From the IMG/VR virus record IMGVR_UViG_3300031605_000017, positions 1 to 31,362 of that record: a stretch of DNA of 31,362 bases, one strand, 5' to 3'. The stretch is from a virus (lineage: Duplodnaviria; Caudoviricetes). The notes below the pieces were generated by a model. It had not been told where the DNA came from. It worked only from the letters and a program-made list of their open reading frames with translations, and made no database searches. The position numbers and the translations under genes are program-made. Within the stretch, counting starts at the first letter, position 1, and each line of letters begins with the position of its first letter. Below are positions 15,601 through 24,900 of this stretch, piece by piece.

Positions 15601-18442
15601 TATTCCAGAGGGAGTTTTGCTTGAACTACAAAATGATCATGGGTGGGAGCGTGATCCGATTGAACGGGTTCAAGCCATAGTCGATGCCGTGTTGTTCCAT
15701 AGTGAAGAAATGGACAATCCGGAAGTCTTCTATGAGAACGTGGCACAGGTTCATGGAGAGACTTGGGAGTGGGAGCGCATGATGTATGCGTTCAGGACGA
15801 AGAAACTCCATGAGGACAACGTATTCAGTCGGGAAGGCAAGATACGTTTAGCGTTGACTGACCGATTTTTGCAAGAACGTCGTTCGGAAAATAGACGACG
15901 ACGCAATGCTCTTACTGCCTCGTTGGAAGATAGCAACTCAGGTGATGGTGGATTTGAACCACAGGGCGATGCTGATGAAGTAGATGTTCCTGATTCAGAT
16001 AAAACGTTCTTGCAGAAGATTGTTGACAAGTTTACGTTTAAGCGGGTCAAGGTCACAGAACGGGAATATGAGCGCCGCGGCAAGGGGCCGGATTCAATGC
16101 CCGGTTCTTTTGAGGAGTTGGGTATTGACGTAGACGAGATTTTGGCTAGAGGCAGTACGACTCCAGAGGAGCAAAAACTTCTTAAGAAATGGGTTATTTC
16201 AGCATTCTCGTTGGGTTCGGCCAATGAGTTTGCTGGGGCAGACGATTACATGTGGCGGTTGCGAAGCGAGATCGACGGTAGTGCAGATCTGCCGGAGATT
16301 GGGATTATCCAAATTGGAACTCGTATACAGTTGGAATTTCATGCTTCTATCGAATTCAAGCCTCCTGAAGATTTTGTTAGCAGGGGCACGACTTACAAGG
16401 CTGGCGAGTGGCATGTAAGTGGTAAAACTGATCGACAAATAACAATCGCGCAGCAGGCCAATGGCGATGCCACAAGAATAGAAATTGACAATAAGCACAT
16501 GTATGTTGATTCGGCACGGGCTGGTGTTAAAGGAAAGGGTTTTGCAACCTTCTACAACACCAACGCTTGGCTGCATGTCAATCAGTTGGGTGGACCGAAA
16601 TCAACTATTCGGGTTGATGCGGCTGATGATGGAGAGGTGGTTTGGGGCATACAGGGATTTAATGACCCTCATGTAGTTGCAAATGCCATGGGGGCAATAT
16701 TCAAAGAATTGTCTGAATACAAGAGAACTGGCAAGCCCGGTTTGATTCGTGATGACGCAATGTTTGAAGCGCTGTCAAGGCTCTACAGTATTCATTCCGA
16801 TTCTTTGGGTGTTCCGATGAACGAAGAACTCTCTCCTGTCACTCTTGGGATGATTCATTCTGTTTTGCGAAGGGATGGTCGGCATCCTTGGGAAGAAATC
16901 GGAAAAACCGCCATTTCAGCCATCTTTGAAGACCGGGATGACGACGTTGACGCTGTTGAAAAAGATCCAAATCAGAAAGTTGATAAAAAGAATCCGACGC
17001 AAAACGGAATGGTTCAGAATGCCTATGGGAATTGGTGGATGGTGAATGCCCCATTCTTAAGTGGGGCTGTGCAGGTTCATCGTGAGAGTGCTGTCGGTAA
17101 GGGGTTGGATGAAAGCGCTAAGCGGATCAAGGGTGATGTGCCGGATGTAGATGTCGATACACCGGATTCCCCACGACGGCGAAACCGGGCGGCGGAACGC
17201 AGGGCGGCAGGGAAACAGGTAGTGGAGCCACCTTCCAGAGTTCCTTTGCAAACTGGGCGCAGGAGGGCTTCGTCACAGTTGTCGATAGGTGAACCAGACG
17301 AATTGGGTCGTCTTCCGTTGGTTTCAACTTCGATGGAAGATAGCGACATCAAAACGCCCGCAGCCGCTGCTGAACATATTCGTGGTGGGGGAAAACTTAG
17401 TGACGTTCCCCGTGAGTTGATTCTGGAAGCAGTTTTGGAAAATTCCAGTGGATATAACAACGACGCACCGGATGATTCAAAACTTTTCAGATTGATAAGC
17501 GTTGACGAGAACGGTGATCCCGGCAAGTCAAGTAATCCGGGCACTTACGGTACGTCGTATATTTTTCTCAAGAAGGATGGCGAACCGGGAGCGGAACAGG
17601 GATTCATTATCAAAAGTCCGGATTACGCATACGAATCGCGTGGACTTAATGGTGGGGCTGACGGTTCAGGCAGCAGCATTGCAAATGTCAGCCAATTCAA
17701 CGAGATTATTGGGCGTTCGATCAGCCAGTTGATGGGAGATCCGACCGGTGGCGTGATGCTAGATGGCACCGACGACAGAGGTCAACCTTATATTGTCATG
17801 GAGTTCAATAACGTGGTTGCTGACATTGGGCACGAAATTCCTCTGGCATATATGAATTTGGAGGAGCGTACCGAACCTGAAATGTTGAAGTCTCGTCTTA
17901 GGGCTTTGTTGATCGGTTACAGCATGGGTTTGGGCGACAGGCATGGCGGCAACCTGTTGGTTGGCTCAGAAGATGCGGCAGGCTCATCGGCACGGGGCGT
18001 AACCAATATCGACTTTCAGCGGGCGTGGGGAGCGGACACGGATATCCGTGCTTACATAGATGGACACATGGCCGAAGGAGATGGTTTTCCCGGTCTTGGA
18101 TTACTGGGTGACTTACGAACAGCAATCAGGGAAGGCAAGTTGAGCGAATCAGAGTTGGCCCTTGTGATTGACGAAGTTCACGAACAGATGAGACAGATAA
18201 AAGATGTTCATTTGGAAAACATCTTTAGCGAGTTGTCTTCAATCCACGAATTGGGGGCACGATCCCGCCCGCCCGGTATGCCCTCCACGGGACCACAAGA
18301 TGTGGAGATTCATGCGTCGGCAGTTAACGATCATCTGGAGATGACATTGAGCGTACTTTCCGGTGGAGAGATGCTGTTGTCGGAACTTTTGGCAGACACG
18401 ACAGATGAAGATCAGTGGTTTGCAGAAGGGCAGCAGTTCTGA
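9668..18442 (+). CDS. Giant polyvalent, putatively virion-associated protein (2924 aa): N-terminal Cys/His modules, shared DADGDG module, Arg-rich repeats, GNAT-like domain, C-terminal HipA/PI3-PI4-kinase-like domain
   Basis: Uninterrupted 8.8-kb ORF with GGGAG RBS between protease and MCP. Kinase motifs FIIK / NEIIG / DRHGGN / IDF. GNAT-like KGKGFAT...DAADDG..VW..QGF. Confidence 0.85.
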   Translation: MSDKPLEVKGPQDLIDIIPQERITGDILRGHGPRRGNLEALLKFWRPIMRLPGGFRRCIVILANHPELYPLQPLCAWLHHETTGKWPNEGNHHGGGGAGRAAGRVARRAVPGKRRRRRGKSEDGVEIASWRVYRRLARMDGGITARPIDGDQNAVAYKAARFVQGMQSVPMPGSFDWTKQPIEVKRGSHGRLGRTLSSIASYFTPGDMSKYRNPIRSAMWGALFPGGGGAGGGGIGGAARPSIGGGALRCPTGYINGGRFTDPKLSNCGGLIFDVPAKGPGSVTSGDVSKMTRRFENVKPQDVPDVVRDVVVKKPKGDPFAVVREAAIRPNRAGSPARRDSVVNSVVDFVGENVGTTRLVRRDGVVYEPTLTAEELVKMKDHDAIKGAVYVTSKIGKTAIAGDEIRLLSKGAHAVEYAFGQGSVRVERKKDIPVGVGAKMRTRWASISRDPDIIINPFSHVEKFVQEFSEFVEIKPKFKGVKNPNERIVVTSSDGMKRVVSRWIHHMFLSPRAPRRLSGVKPYNITKESGTKTLREPRFNREQYAVFSVEKKNLSLRPDLSDQFGKPSLADLRISDTNGMSRDSLIELKAARFVLAKLDEDMAVKVFGRRRMRGVRLSRFARRIPKVAPYNPKARDADGDGLVQEGTIWERPSGTIFRGLKAGARKLAGSVQLVDGDGKRVDYKPGENQRSPLRTSRFDPLKRRVAGASERFGGRREQGIRRRDQELDATADFTEVELRRQARKARRQRALAKIRERGAGVRERRTQRMERGAERDEAAAGRHAERATELTSERRDRDEFDRSRRGMSIRHRDELLAEEARETPEGERPSARERRKRSRNLIGDQRRERGELNEQNPRRERRTQRRDERRRRMQERLTEFGEQREEGIRREDRRRGARADFGKRGPSIAERAAAAAERFRERREEGIRAEDRRRGARADFGKLDREREGRRRDRRGPTRRSERTEGQQRGRVAEAADRVRDRNEEAIRRRDRREGAQADFGKLDRERAERRERRQRRREGRGRGLAEATERFRNRREESIRRRDREEGAVADFGILEREREARQAARAKRELDRQAVRSQRRERIRRRVETFGERQEAAIRLRDRDERAIADFSEIELRREMRRQRVRDFTRRVRAISADRDPETREAGRKAARVRNDRSAAVSKRFDALDSRVQGMPDWRAEGDAEAARRRRAMREAGVEEPTLERDPVTGEREWSDRLANLQRQRAYDDLLKRSTRRPIEDLTAAERQEREEIERILKMPTWEAGGTASGRRDMQERLLELGGEDLTGRQAYLDSVLGGQTLRSLGSDREPISPTARIEEIDALITELNDKFFDKYWDLDANGYNVESGIYMHSRFGDPIDQGGGNAIGRKYDELVAEREQILRGSAEQFPGIDPDDLRKIQHGLYSWRGTNRDKIKRLDEIHLEIEALYDGQTTGWMGVSDAHRERFEEIQARLAELGRSGPHRTDGGGMAVFEENIHGMAVVNEMPSVDEMVRAERLYDKSKARRDRLRKIRERRLAGEETDPAEIFMEPVQGMAVVNTWQESLNDRVRGISAQARVKARRERLEAIRERRVAEAKARDADFDPDDIDPDEWHDEGSPEGGIFDLDQAIMGMPSVEEMVTADRVFERGLARRTRLREIRKQKEAKAREVRDAGVSPALVDQPIQNLVPTPNDSDLPGEDVLIRYGQGDEVKVGSRIGTVIRSDPGDGGRGAFYVVQFDDGKSESFPMYRVTGDSDLRRRRRAEGVERHFYPDGAIPVEDFTSQGLVDEMAMIKERWDGADVIPVEDMIRFDNLKIAWHEKNPTGNLGAVRNSRGYPVDIKHVEYGDGTRASSGPGTGSSNTGMVRGMPSVERVLGLPPDTFDPDRDIDPDVYHDDPDRPGAAGDRIIRSLSAAVAEWLGEDYFDAFEDHELDKAMSDALLLIRAKNGGDLRFADFIEPSEFWPEGFLHAELTLEELFTKEGVEKGLLAGVYDGDIPEGVLLELQNDHGWERDPIERVQAIVDAVLFHSEEMDNPEVFYENVAQVHGETWEWERMMYAFRTKKLHEDNVFSREGKIRLALTDRFLQERRSENRRRRNALTASLEDSNSGDGGFEPQGDADEVDVPDSDKTFLQKIVDKFTFKRVKVTEREYERRGKGPDSMPGSFEELGIDVDEILARGSTTPEEQKLLKKWVISAFSLGSANEFAGADDYMWRLRSEIDGSADLPEIGIIQIGTRIQLEFHASIEFKPPEDFVSRGTTYKAGEWHVSGKTDRQITIAQQANGDATRIEIDNKHMYVDSARAGVKGKGFATFYNTNAWLHVNQLGGPKSTIRVDAADDGEVVWGIQGFNDPHVVANAMGAIFKELSEYKRTGKPGLIRDDAMFEALSRLYSIHSDSLGVPMNEELSPVTLGMIHSVLRRDGRHPWEEIGKTAISAIFEDRDDDVDAVEKDPNQKVDKKNPTQNGMVQNAYGNWWMVNAPFLSGAVQVHRESAVGKGLDESAKRIKGDVPDVDVDTPDSPRRRNRAAERRAAGKQVVEPPSRVPLQTGRRRASSQLSIGEPDELGRLPLVSTSMEDSDIKTPAAAAEHIRGGGKLSDVPRELILEAVLENSSGYNNDAPDDSKLFRLISVDENGDPGKSSNPGTYGTSYIFLKKDGEPGAEQGFIIKSPDYAYESRGLNGGADGSGSSIANVSQFNEIIGRSISQLMGDPTGGVMLDGTDDRGQPYIVMEFNNVVADIGHEIPLAYMNLEERTEPEMLKSRLRALLIGYSMGLGDRHGGNLLVGSEDAAGSSARGVTNIDFQRAWGADTDIRAYIDGHMAEGDGFPGLGLLGDLRTAIREGKLSESELALVIDEVHEQMRQIKDVHLENIFSELSSIHELGARSRPPGMPSTGPQDVEIHASAVNDHLEMTLSVLSGGEMLLSELLADTTDEDQWFAEGQQF
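11798..13035 (+). repeat. Six dispersed ~25-30-aa Arg/Glu-rich coding repeats (F..RRE..IRR.D......ADF)
   Basis: Six ADF-terminated units in the translation. Exact 28-bp DNA duplication GATTTCGGGAAGTTGGATCGTGAACGTG at 12482 and 12662. Confidence 0.85.
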
Positions 18443-18723
18443 TGGCTAAATTTTTAATCACTCCTTACGGACAATCAGTCGAACCTGCGATTATTATTGA
18501 GAATAATGACAACCATTTTGATATCGGTGGAAACGAACAATTGGCAGCACAACTAGTTGAAGCCATGGATGCTTACGACATAGACGAAGAAAAAAGACTG
18601 GCCGCTTTGATTCATGGCTCCACGTTCATCATGAGGTCGCATAAACTGGGAGACACAGATGATCCGGATGATAGAAAAATACTTAATGATCATAAGAAGA
18701 AGTGGATGAACGAGAATGGGTAA
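18442..18723 (+). CDS. Small acidic protein (93 aa), candidate immunity or partner protein
   Basis: ATG 18442 overlaps the TGA of the 2924-aa gene (TGATG), in frame with ORF 18415..18723. Function inferred only from position. Confidence 0.75.
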   Translation: MAKFLITPYGQSVEPAIIIENNDNHFDIGGNEQLAAQLVEAMDAYDIDEEKRLAALIHGSTFIMRSHKLGDTDDPDDRKILNDHKKKWMNENG

Positions 18724-18961
18724 CGTTAGTGCAGACACGATTGGCAAGATGCAGAACTATATAGAGGCGCGTAATTCGCCTGAGCGGTTGGGCATTGTCG
18801 AAATGGTGTCTCAGTATGTTCTATCTGATCTTTCTCCGGAAGAAGATAAAGAAGAGGCTTTGATTCTGTCGCGCTATCACTTGTCTACGGATAAGGGAAC
18901 AGAGGATTTGAAAGCGTTGTATCCGGATGCCGTCAGTTGGATGGAGGAAGGTAATTCATGA
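18716..18961 (+). CDS. Small acidic protein (81 aa), candidate immunity or partner protein
   Basis: 8-bp overlap with the upstream gene and ATGA overlap with the 2064-aa gene. Confidence 0.75.
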   Translation: MGNVSADTIGKMQNYIEARNSPERLGIVEMVSQYVLSDLSPEEDKEEALILSRYHLSTDKGTEDLKALYPDAVSWMEEGNS

Positions 18962-21900
18962 GATATCCGGAACATCGTTTGAACGAGATTGCTTTTCGTG
19001 CTCGTTTATATGATCTGAACCATATCCCTCTTGAAAAAGGGATAGCGGGGATGATCAAACGCGTTCCGAAGGTAGTTCCGTATGACAATGATGCCCGTGA
19101 TGCTGATGGTGATGGTCTAGTTCAAGAGGGAACAATCTGGGAGCGGCCTGCTGGTACTCGTTGGGTAAGCAAGTTGGGTAGCGCTCTTGCTTCTGGTTTG
19201 CGTGCCATTCCGGGTAATTCCAAGATCGTGGATAAAGACGGCAACGATGTTGATTACAAACCGGGAGATAAGGCACAGGGTGGACGGGCGAAACTTCGTG
19301 GCTTGTTGGCTCGTCGCCGGTTGCGTCGGGCTGGTCGGCGTACCCGGCGTGCGGAGGGCAGGCGTGAAGAGGATACTGAGCGCACGACTCCCGAAACTTA
19401 CGACAAGTTAATTGAAACTTTAGAAAACGCTGCGAGTGCGGCAAGTCAAGAGCGGCTGATCGAAGCGGAGAAGGCCCGTGGCGATGAGCCGATGGACGGT
19501 GCCTATCGTTCATTTTGGGACACGTTCATGGAAGCGTTCACGGGTATGAATGGTGGTAAGGAGCAGAATTCCCGTGATAAGTCACGCAGTAAGGCTGCTC
19601 TTCGTAAGGCTGCTCAGATGGAGGGGAACCGGCGGACGGCTGGCGATGAGAACGGCAATGCCCCTGATAGTGACAGGGAAGAGGAGTTCGATGAGGAGGC
19701 ATTAAGCGGTAAGGGTGTGATGCCTTCTGCGATTGAAGAGCATCATAGGAAACTTAGAGAGGATCCTGAGTATCGCAAGCGGTGGAATCGTGCGTTGCGT
19801 GAGGGCCGGATAGATCAGTTTATTGAGAAGGAGGGTTTGAGGCCGGAGTTGGTTGGCCCGGAGGAGAGGCGACCCGGTGGGGGGCTTAAGCCACCGCCCG
19901 ATTTCGATATAACTCCTATTCCCGATGGCGGGGATCGCGATCCCGACCGACCCCGACCCCGAGTTGATCCCGAGCCATCAACGGATAAGCCGGGTACCGG
20001 GGTAACGCCCGCTGGCCGTCCGGGCGATCACCGGCCCGGACAAGGACAATTAATCAACATTCCTAATGCTACTGATGAGCAGATTGCTGAGCACATCTGG
20101 ACGCAAGAGGGTTTGAGAGATAGGGATCGACCGGGTGCTGGAATGCGTCCGATTGACGGTGACACGCGTAGACATGACCCGGATTATTACGACCGGCTGA
20201 TAGCAGAGAGGGATAGTCGTGCGGAGGCGGATGCTCCAGAGGCTGATGTTGATCCGGGGTCTGAATTACCCGACGATGTAATTGAAAGCATTGAACATTA
20301 CAGGGATACCATACTGCCTGAATTGAGTGATGCAGAGTTGGCTCAAGAACTCGCTTACCTGCGAGATGCTCTGGCCGCTGATGATGTGGCGGACAGGTTC
20401 CCAAGGAATGATGGGCCTGAACGGTTTGCTTCGGCGTTGCAGGAGCAGCGTCGTCGTCTAGTGGCGAGCAGGGGTGAAGGAGAAGAGGACGGCCCCCCAG
20501 AAGAACCAGATCTCGCTGAGTGGTTAGACCAACAGCCTTGGAGTGATGTCGAACTAGATGGCGCGACAGATGAAGCAATAGCGGCTCGTCTTACCCGATT
20601 GGTTGCCGCCGATCCCTTGGGCGACGATGCGGAAATTACTGCTGAAGTCGAACGGTTGAGGCAAGAACAGCGTTCTCGTTGGGAAGAAGAAAATCTTCCG
20701 GGTGACGCATTCTTCGATAATGATAGTTGGATTGAAGGCGACTTCGCTTGGGATGATGACGCCATTGATGCCACGATTAATGTTGCTCTTGCCACTGACG
20801 ATATGCGGACTATAGAAGGAATAGAACGCTCGCTTCAAATGTATCGGGATGACATGTCTGGTGCTGACTGGGCTGGTGCTAAAGGTCGTCGGTACCGGGA
20901 AATTCAAGAGATTTTGGATCGTAGGCGTGCGGAAAGAAATCGTGCGACTAGGACGGAGCCGCCGGAGGACAGGGATGCTCCAGAAGCAGATACTCCAGAA
21001 GCAGATACTCCAGAAGCAGATACTCCAGAAGCAGAGGATAATTTTGGAGGACGTAATAACGACATCGTGGATCTGAGCGATGAAGAAATTCAAGAACAGA
21101 TAGATGATCTTGAGGGTATTGAGGATCGAACACTGGAGCAGCAGGCGCGTTTAGATGCTTTGGGCGATGAGTATGACGAACGGTTTGGAACTGAAGAGGA
21201 ACAGGATCAGGCTATTGAAGACATGGATCTGGAGGAGCGGCTGGAATGGTATGAGACTGATCCTGCGACTCTTTCCGATGAGGAACTTCAGACTGAAATC
21301 AATGAACTGAATTCTGAGGAGGATTTGGACGAACACGCAATGGAGTGGTTGACCAAACTTTCCAACGAGGATGACAGGCGGCAGGAAGCCCGAGACGAAG
21401 AATCAGAACGAGAAGCGGCAGAAGCGGAAACGGCGGAAGAAGCCCGTCGGGCTGAACTGATTGAAGAGCAGCGAGATCCGCGGGATATGACTCCTGAGGA
21501 AATGGCTGAGGAAATGGCTGCCATTACCAGTGCTGATGATGACGAGTTGGCAGAGCATTGGGGTTCACCAGACGCGGCACTGGATCGCCACAACGCTTTG
21601 CAGGATGGGTTGGATGCCCACGAACAGAGGGAAGCGGCACATGCTGAGAGGGAGGAGCAGGAAGATCCCACGGGGATGCATGAAGAAGACATCGGTGAAG
21701 AGATGTCGGAACTGTTTGATATCACGCAAGATGAGGACTATTCGCCAGAAGCACAGAAAGAGGCTCAGGATCGTTGGAACCTGCTAAGTGCTGAACTGGA
21801 CAGGCGTGAAAGGGAAACGGAACAGGACGAACGGGATTTGTCGGATGCGTTAGATGAGCGTCAGGCTGAAGAGGATGCTGAAGAGGCTCGCATTCGTGAA

Positions 21901-24900
21901 GTGGAAGAAGCCGAAGCCGAAGCGGCAGCCGAAGCCGAAGCAGCCCGAGAAGCAGAGATAGAAGCAGATGAACGTCAGGTTCGTGTTGATGAACATGAGA
22001 ACAATCCTCCGGACAGTCTTTCTGAAGAAGATCTCGCTAATGAGATAGCCGAACTTAGTGATTCGGAAATCATGGATGATCTTGACACGGCGCGTTTGAC
22101 TGATCTTGAAAATGAAGTCGAACGTCGTATGGAAGCGGCGGCTACGCGTGAAGACAGGAATCGGGGTGAACGTAGTAGAAGTCTGAGGGGACGCAGTAAG
22201 GAAAGTCTTCAGGAAGAATTAGACGAGTTGATGGAGGATTCTGACCCCGATGAGGCTCGTATGGATGCGCTTGAGGCCGAGTTGGATCGTCGGGAAAAGG
22301 TACGCAATCGTGACGGCAGGCGAGACAACCGGCGACGTACAGACGAGTTGGAAGCAGCAGAGGAGCGTGAGTTTGATGGGGAGGGGGAGGATGACGAAGA
22401 TTTAGCCTTGCCGGAAAGAGATGTTGTTGATTCTGGCGAGGATGATGAGGCTGTTGATGCCGATGAGGATCGGGTTAATCCTTACGCTGTAGATCCAGAA
22501 GAGGGGATGACGACTCCTCCGCCGGAAGAGCCTGAGACGATCCCACCGGCAGCAGCAGATCCCGTTGGTGAAGGTGGCACGGGTCCGAATGGCGAGTGGA
22601 CGGATGCGGATGAGGCGGCAGATCCCGCTGGTGATCGTTACGCTGAGTTGGAAGACAAACTGGATAGTTTGGATTGGGACATACATGCAGCGTTGGCTGC
22701 TGGTGATGACGAACTAGTTGTGTTTCGTTTAATCAGACGAGACGAATTGCTAGAGGACGCCTTCGCTACGATGTCCGACTTCGGTGGTGAGATCGGAATT
22801 CACCGGGCGATGTATAGGCATAAGCCTGATGCTGAACTCTTAAAGTATCTGGCCGAACGTGAATATAAGGATGGACAGAAGGCAAGGGAAGATGGGGGGC
22901 CAAACCGTGAGCATTATGAAAGTAATCAAAAGTATTTGAATGTGTTGGCGGAGGTTCACAAACGTGGCTTGTTGGATTCAGGAGATCCTGATCCCGATCC
23001 GATTACTGATCCTCCGGAGGCGGACCTTCCTGACCCTTTAGAGGGTAAGACCCCGGAGGTCGCTGAGGCGGAGGAAGCCATAAGGCGAGATTGGGACGGT
23101 TATTCTCCGCAAGAGAAAGAGCATTTAGCCCTTCTTTTCATAGATGCTGAAATAGCGAAACTTGAACAAGGGCTGATTGATACATATCGCGGTAAGTCTG
23201 CTGTAACTTTCTATCCGCTACCGGATGATGCTACGCCGGAACTGATAGACCTTCGTGCCAAGCAGGAATCGTTTCACAACGCGAAGGAAACCTTGTACCA
23301 GTTGTTGGCGCAAAGGGACATGTCTGGAACGTTGGGGGGCGTTGAACATTACGCTGAGGACAGACTCGATTTCGTTAAGGATATTGCGGCAAAACAAATT
23401 CTTGCTGCTCATATTTTCAACAAGTTAGATCAAGCCGATTTGGGCAGAGTAACAGACGCTCTTAATTCAAATACAAACATGGTGTCCGACCTTGGCGGTG
23501 GGGTGGGAGTACCTTATATGCCTCAGTGGTCCAGAATGGAGTACGGCGATGACTTCGATAATGAGGAGATTGTTTCGGGATTAGTAGAGTTGGCAGTTGC
23601 ACGGATGCAGAGGAAGATGCAAGCAGATGGAAAAGTGGTTACCGACGAACAGGTGGCCGAAGCAGTATCAATAGTAGAACGAGATTTTGCGGTTCCGCTT
23701 GGGGAAGCGGCGAGAGACGAATTGGATCGTCGGATAAAAGCAATGGGTAGTGAAGAACTAGGCGGTACGGCTGATCCTTTCCTTCTGGATCTGATACTGA
23801 ATACTCCTAGCGGTAGTGGTGCCATGAATCAGAGAAACAAATTTATACAAGATCTCTGGTCGGTAGAAGGAAGAGGAATAACGAGTCACGATTTGATGCA
23901 ATTGGCAAGTATTGATGCTCCGAATCTTGGTAGGGGCATGAGTGAAATTGGTCGGCTCGCAGTCGAAGACCTTGGTCTTACAGGTCGTGTTTCGCCGTCT
24001 GCGTTCTCTAATCCCGATTTGCTTATTGGGGATATAATTTCGACTTGGAGTAGGCAATTGCATCTTGGTGAAATAGACGAAGCGACTTTGGTTAGCAATC
24101 TTAAGAACCTTCACTACGACTTGGCAAAGTCTTACAAGAAGCACGCGGCAGCAGGATTAGCGGCATCCCGATCAGGTCCGGGCGCAAGAGTTCATAAGGA
24201 TTTGGCGACAGCACTTTTTGGGAATATTGGACGAGCCGACCAAGCAAGCACTGAGGAATTGTTTAGTGCCGGAGTCAAGGTCGGGATGATTGTATCGGCT
24301 CAAAAGGGAGATCTCAGAAATTTGGCGTTGGACGGAGTTATTGATGTTCAAATGGAAAAGACTGAGACAGATATTATTTCTGGTTTAATAAAAGATCTTC
24401 GGGGAGTTTCGGATATGCCCGTGTCGTTTGGGGTTACACCCGAAGGAGGATCGACGGTGATGAGAGGCCCATCGGGGGGAAGCAGGGGGAAATTGACTCC
24501 GGTGCAGCAGCAAGCGGCGGGCGACATGATTGAACGTGCCGCTGAATTGTTGTTCCCAGATGATTGGATTGAACTTAGCAATTCATCTGGCGAACTCGTC
24601 TTGTCTCGTAGAGATGGAAGTCGTGCTTCGTATGCCAGTAGGACGGCGATAGGTCTTCAGTCTGCCTTCCCAGAAGGTGTCGGTACTAGTGAAGGCGTTA
24701 TAGATATCACTAAAGGAAGTTTTCCCCTTCCGGATGCTGGTCATGAATTCACTCACAGAATTCAGGCCGTAAACATAATGTTGCTTTTGCACGATGATGC
24801 GTTTGCACGGCGAAAGCAAACTCCCACTACCGAAGCAGAAAAAAGATCTAGGAAATTTTCACTACGATCCTTCGCTTCTATTCTAGGTAGGTCCGGCATG

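Noticed and set aside
20978-21035. Tandem repeats (also 5507-5550) as CRISPR arrays or iterons
   Set aside because: They are spacer-less, in-frame 15-bp units encoding low-complexity linkers.
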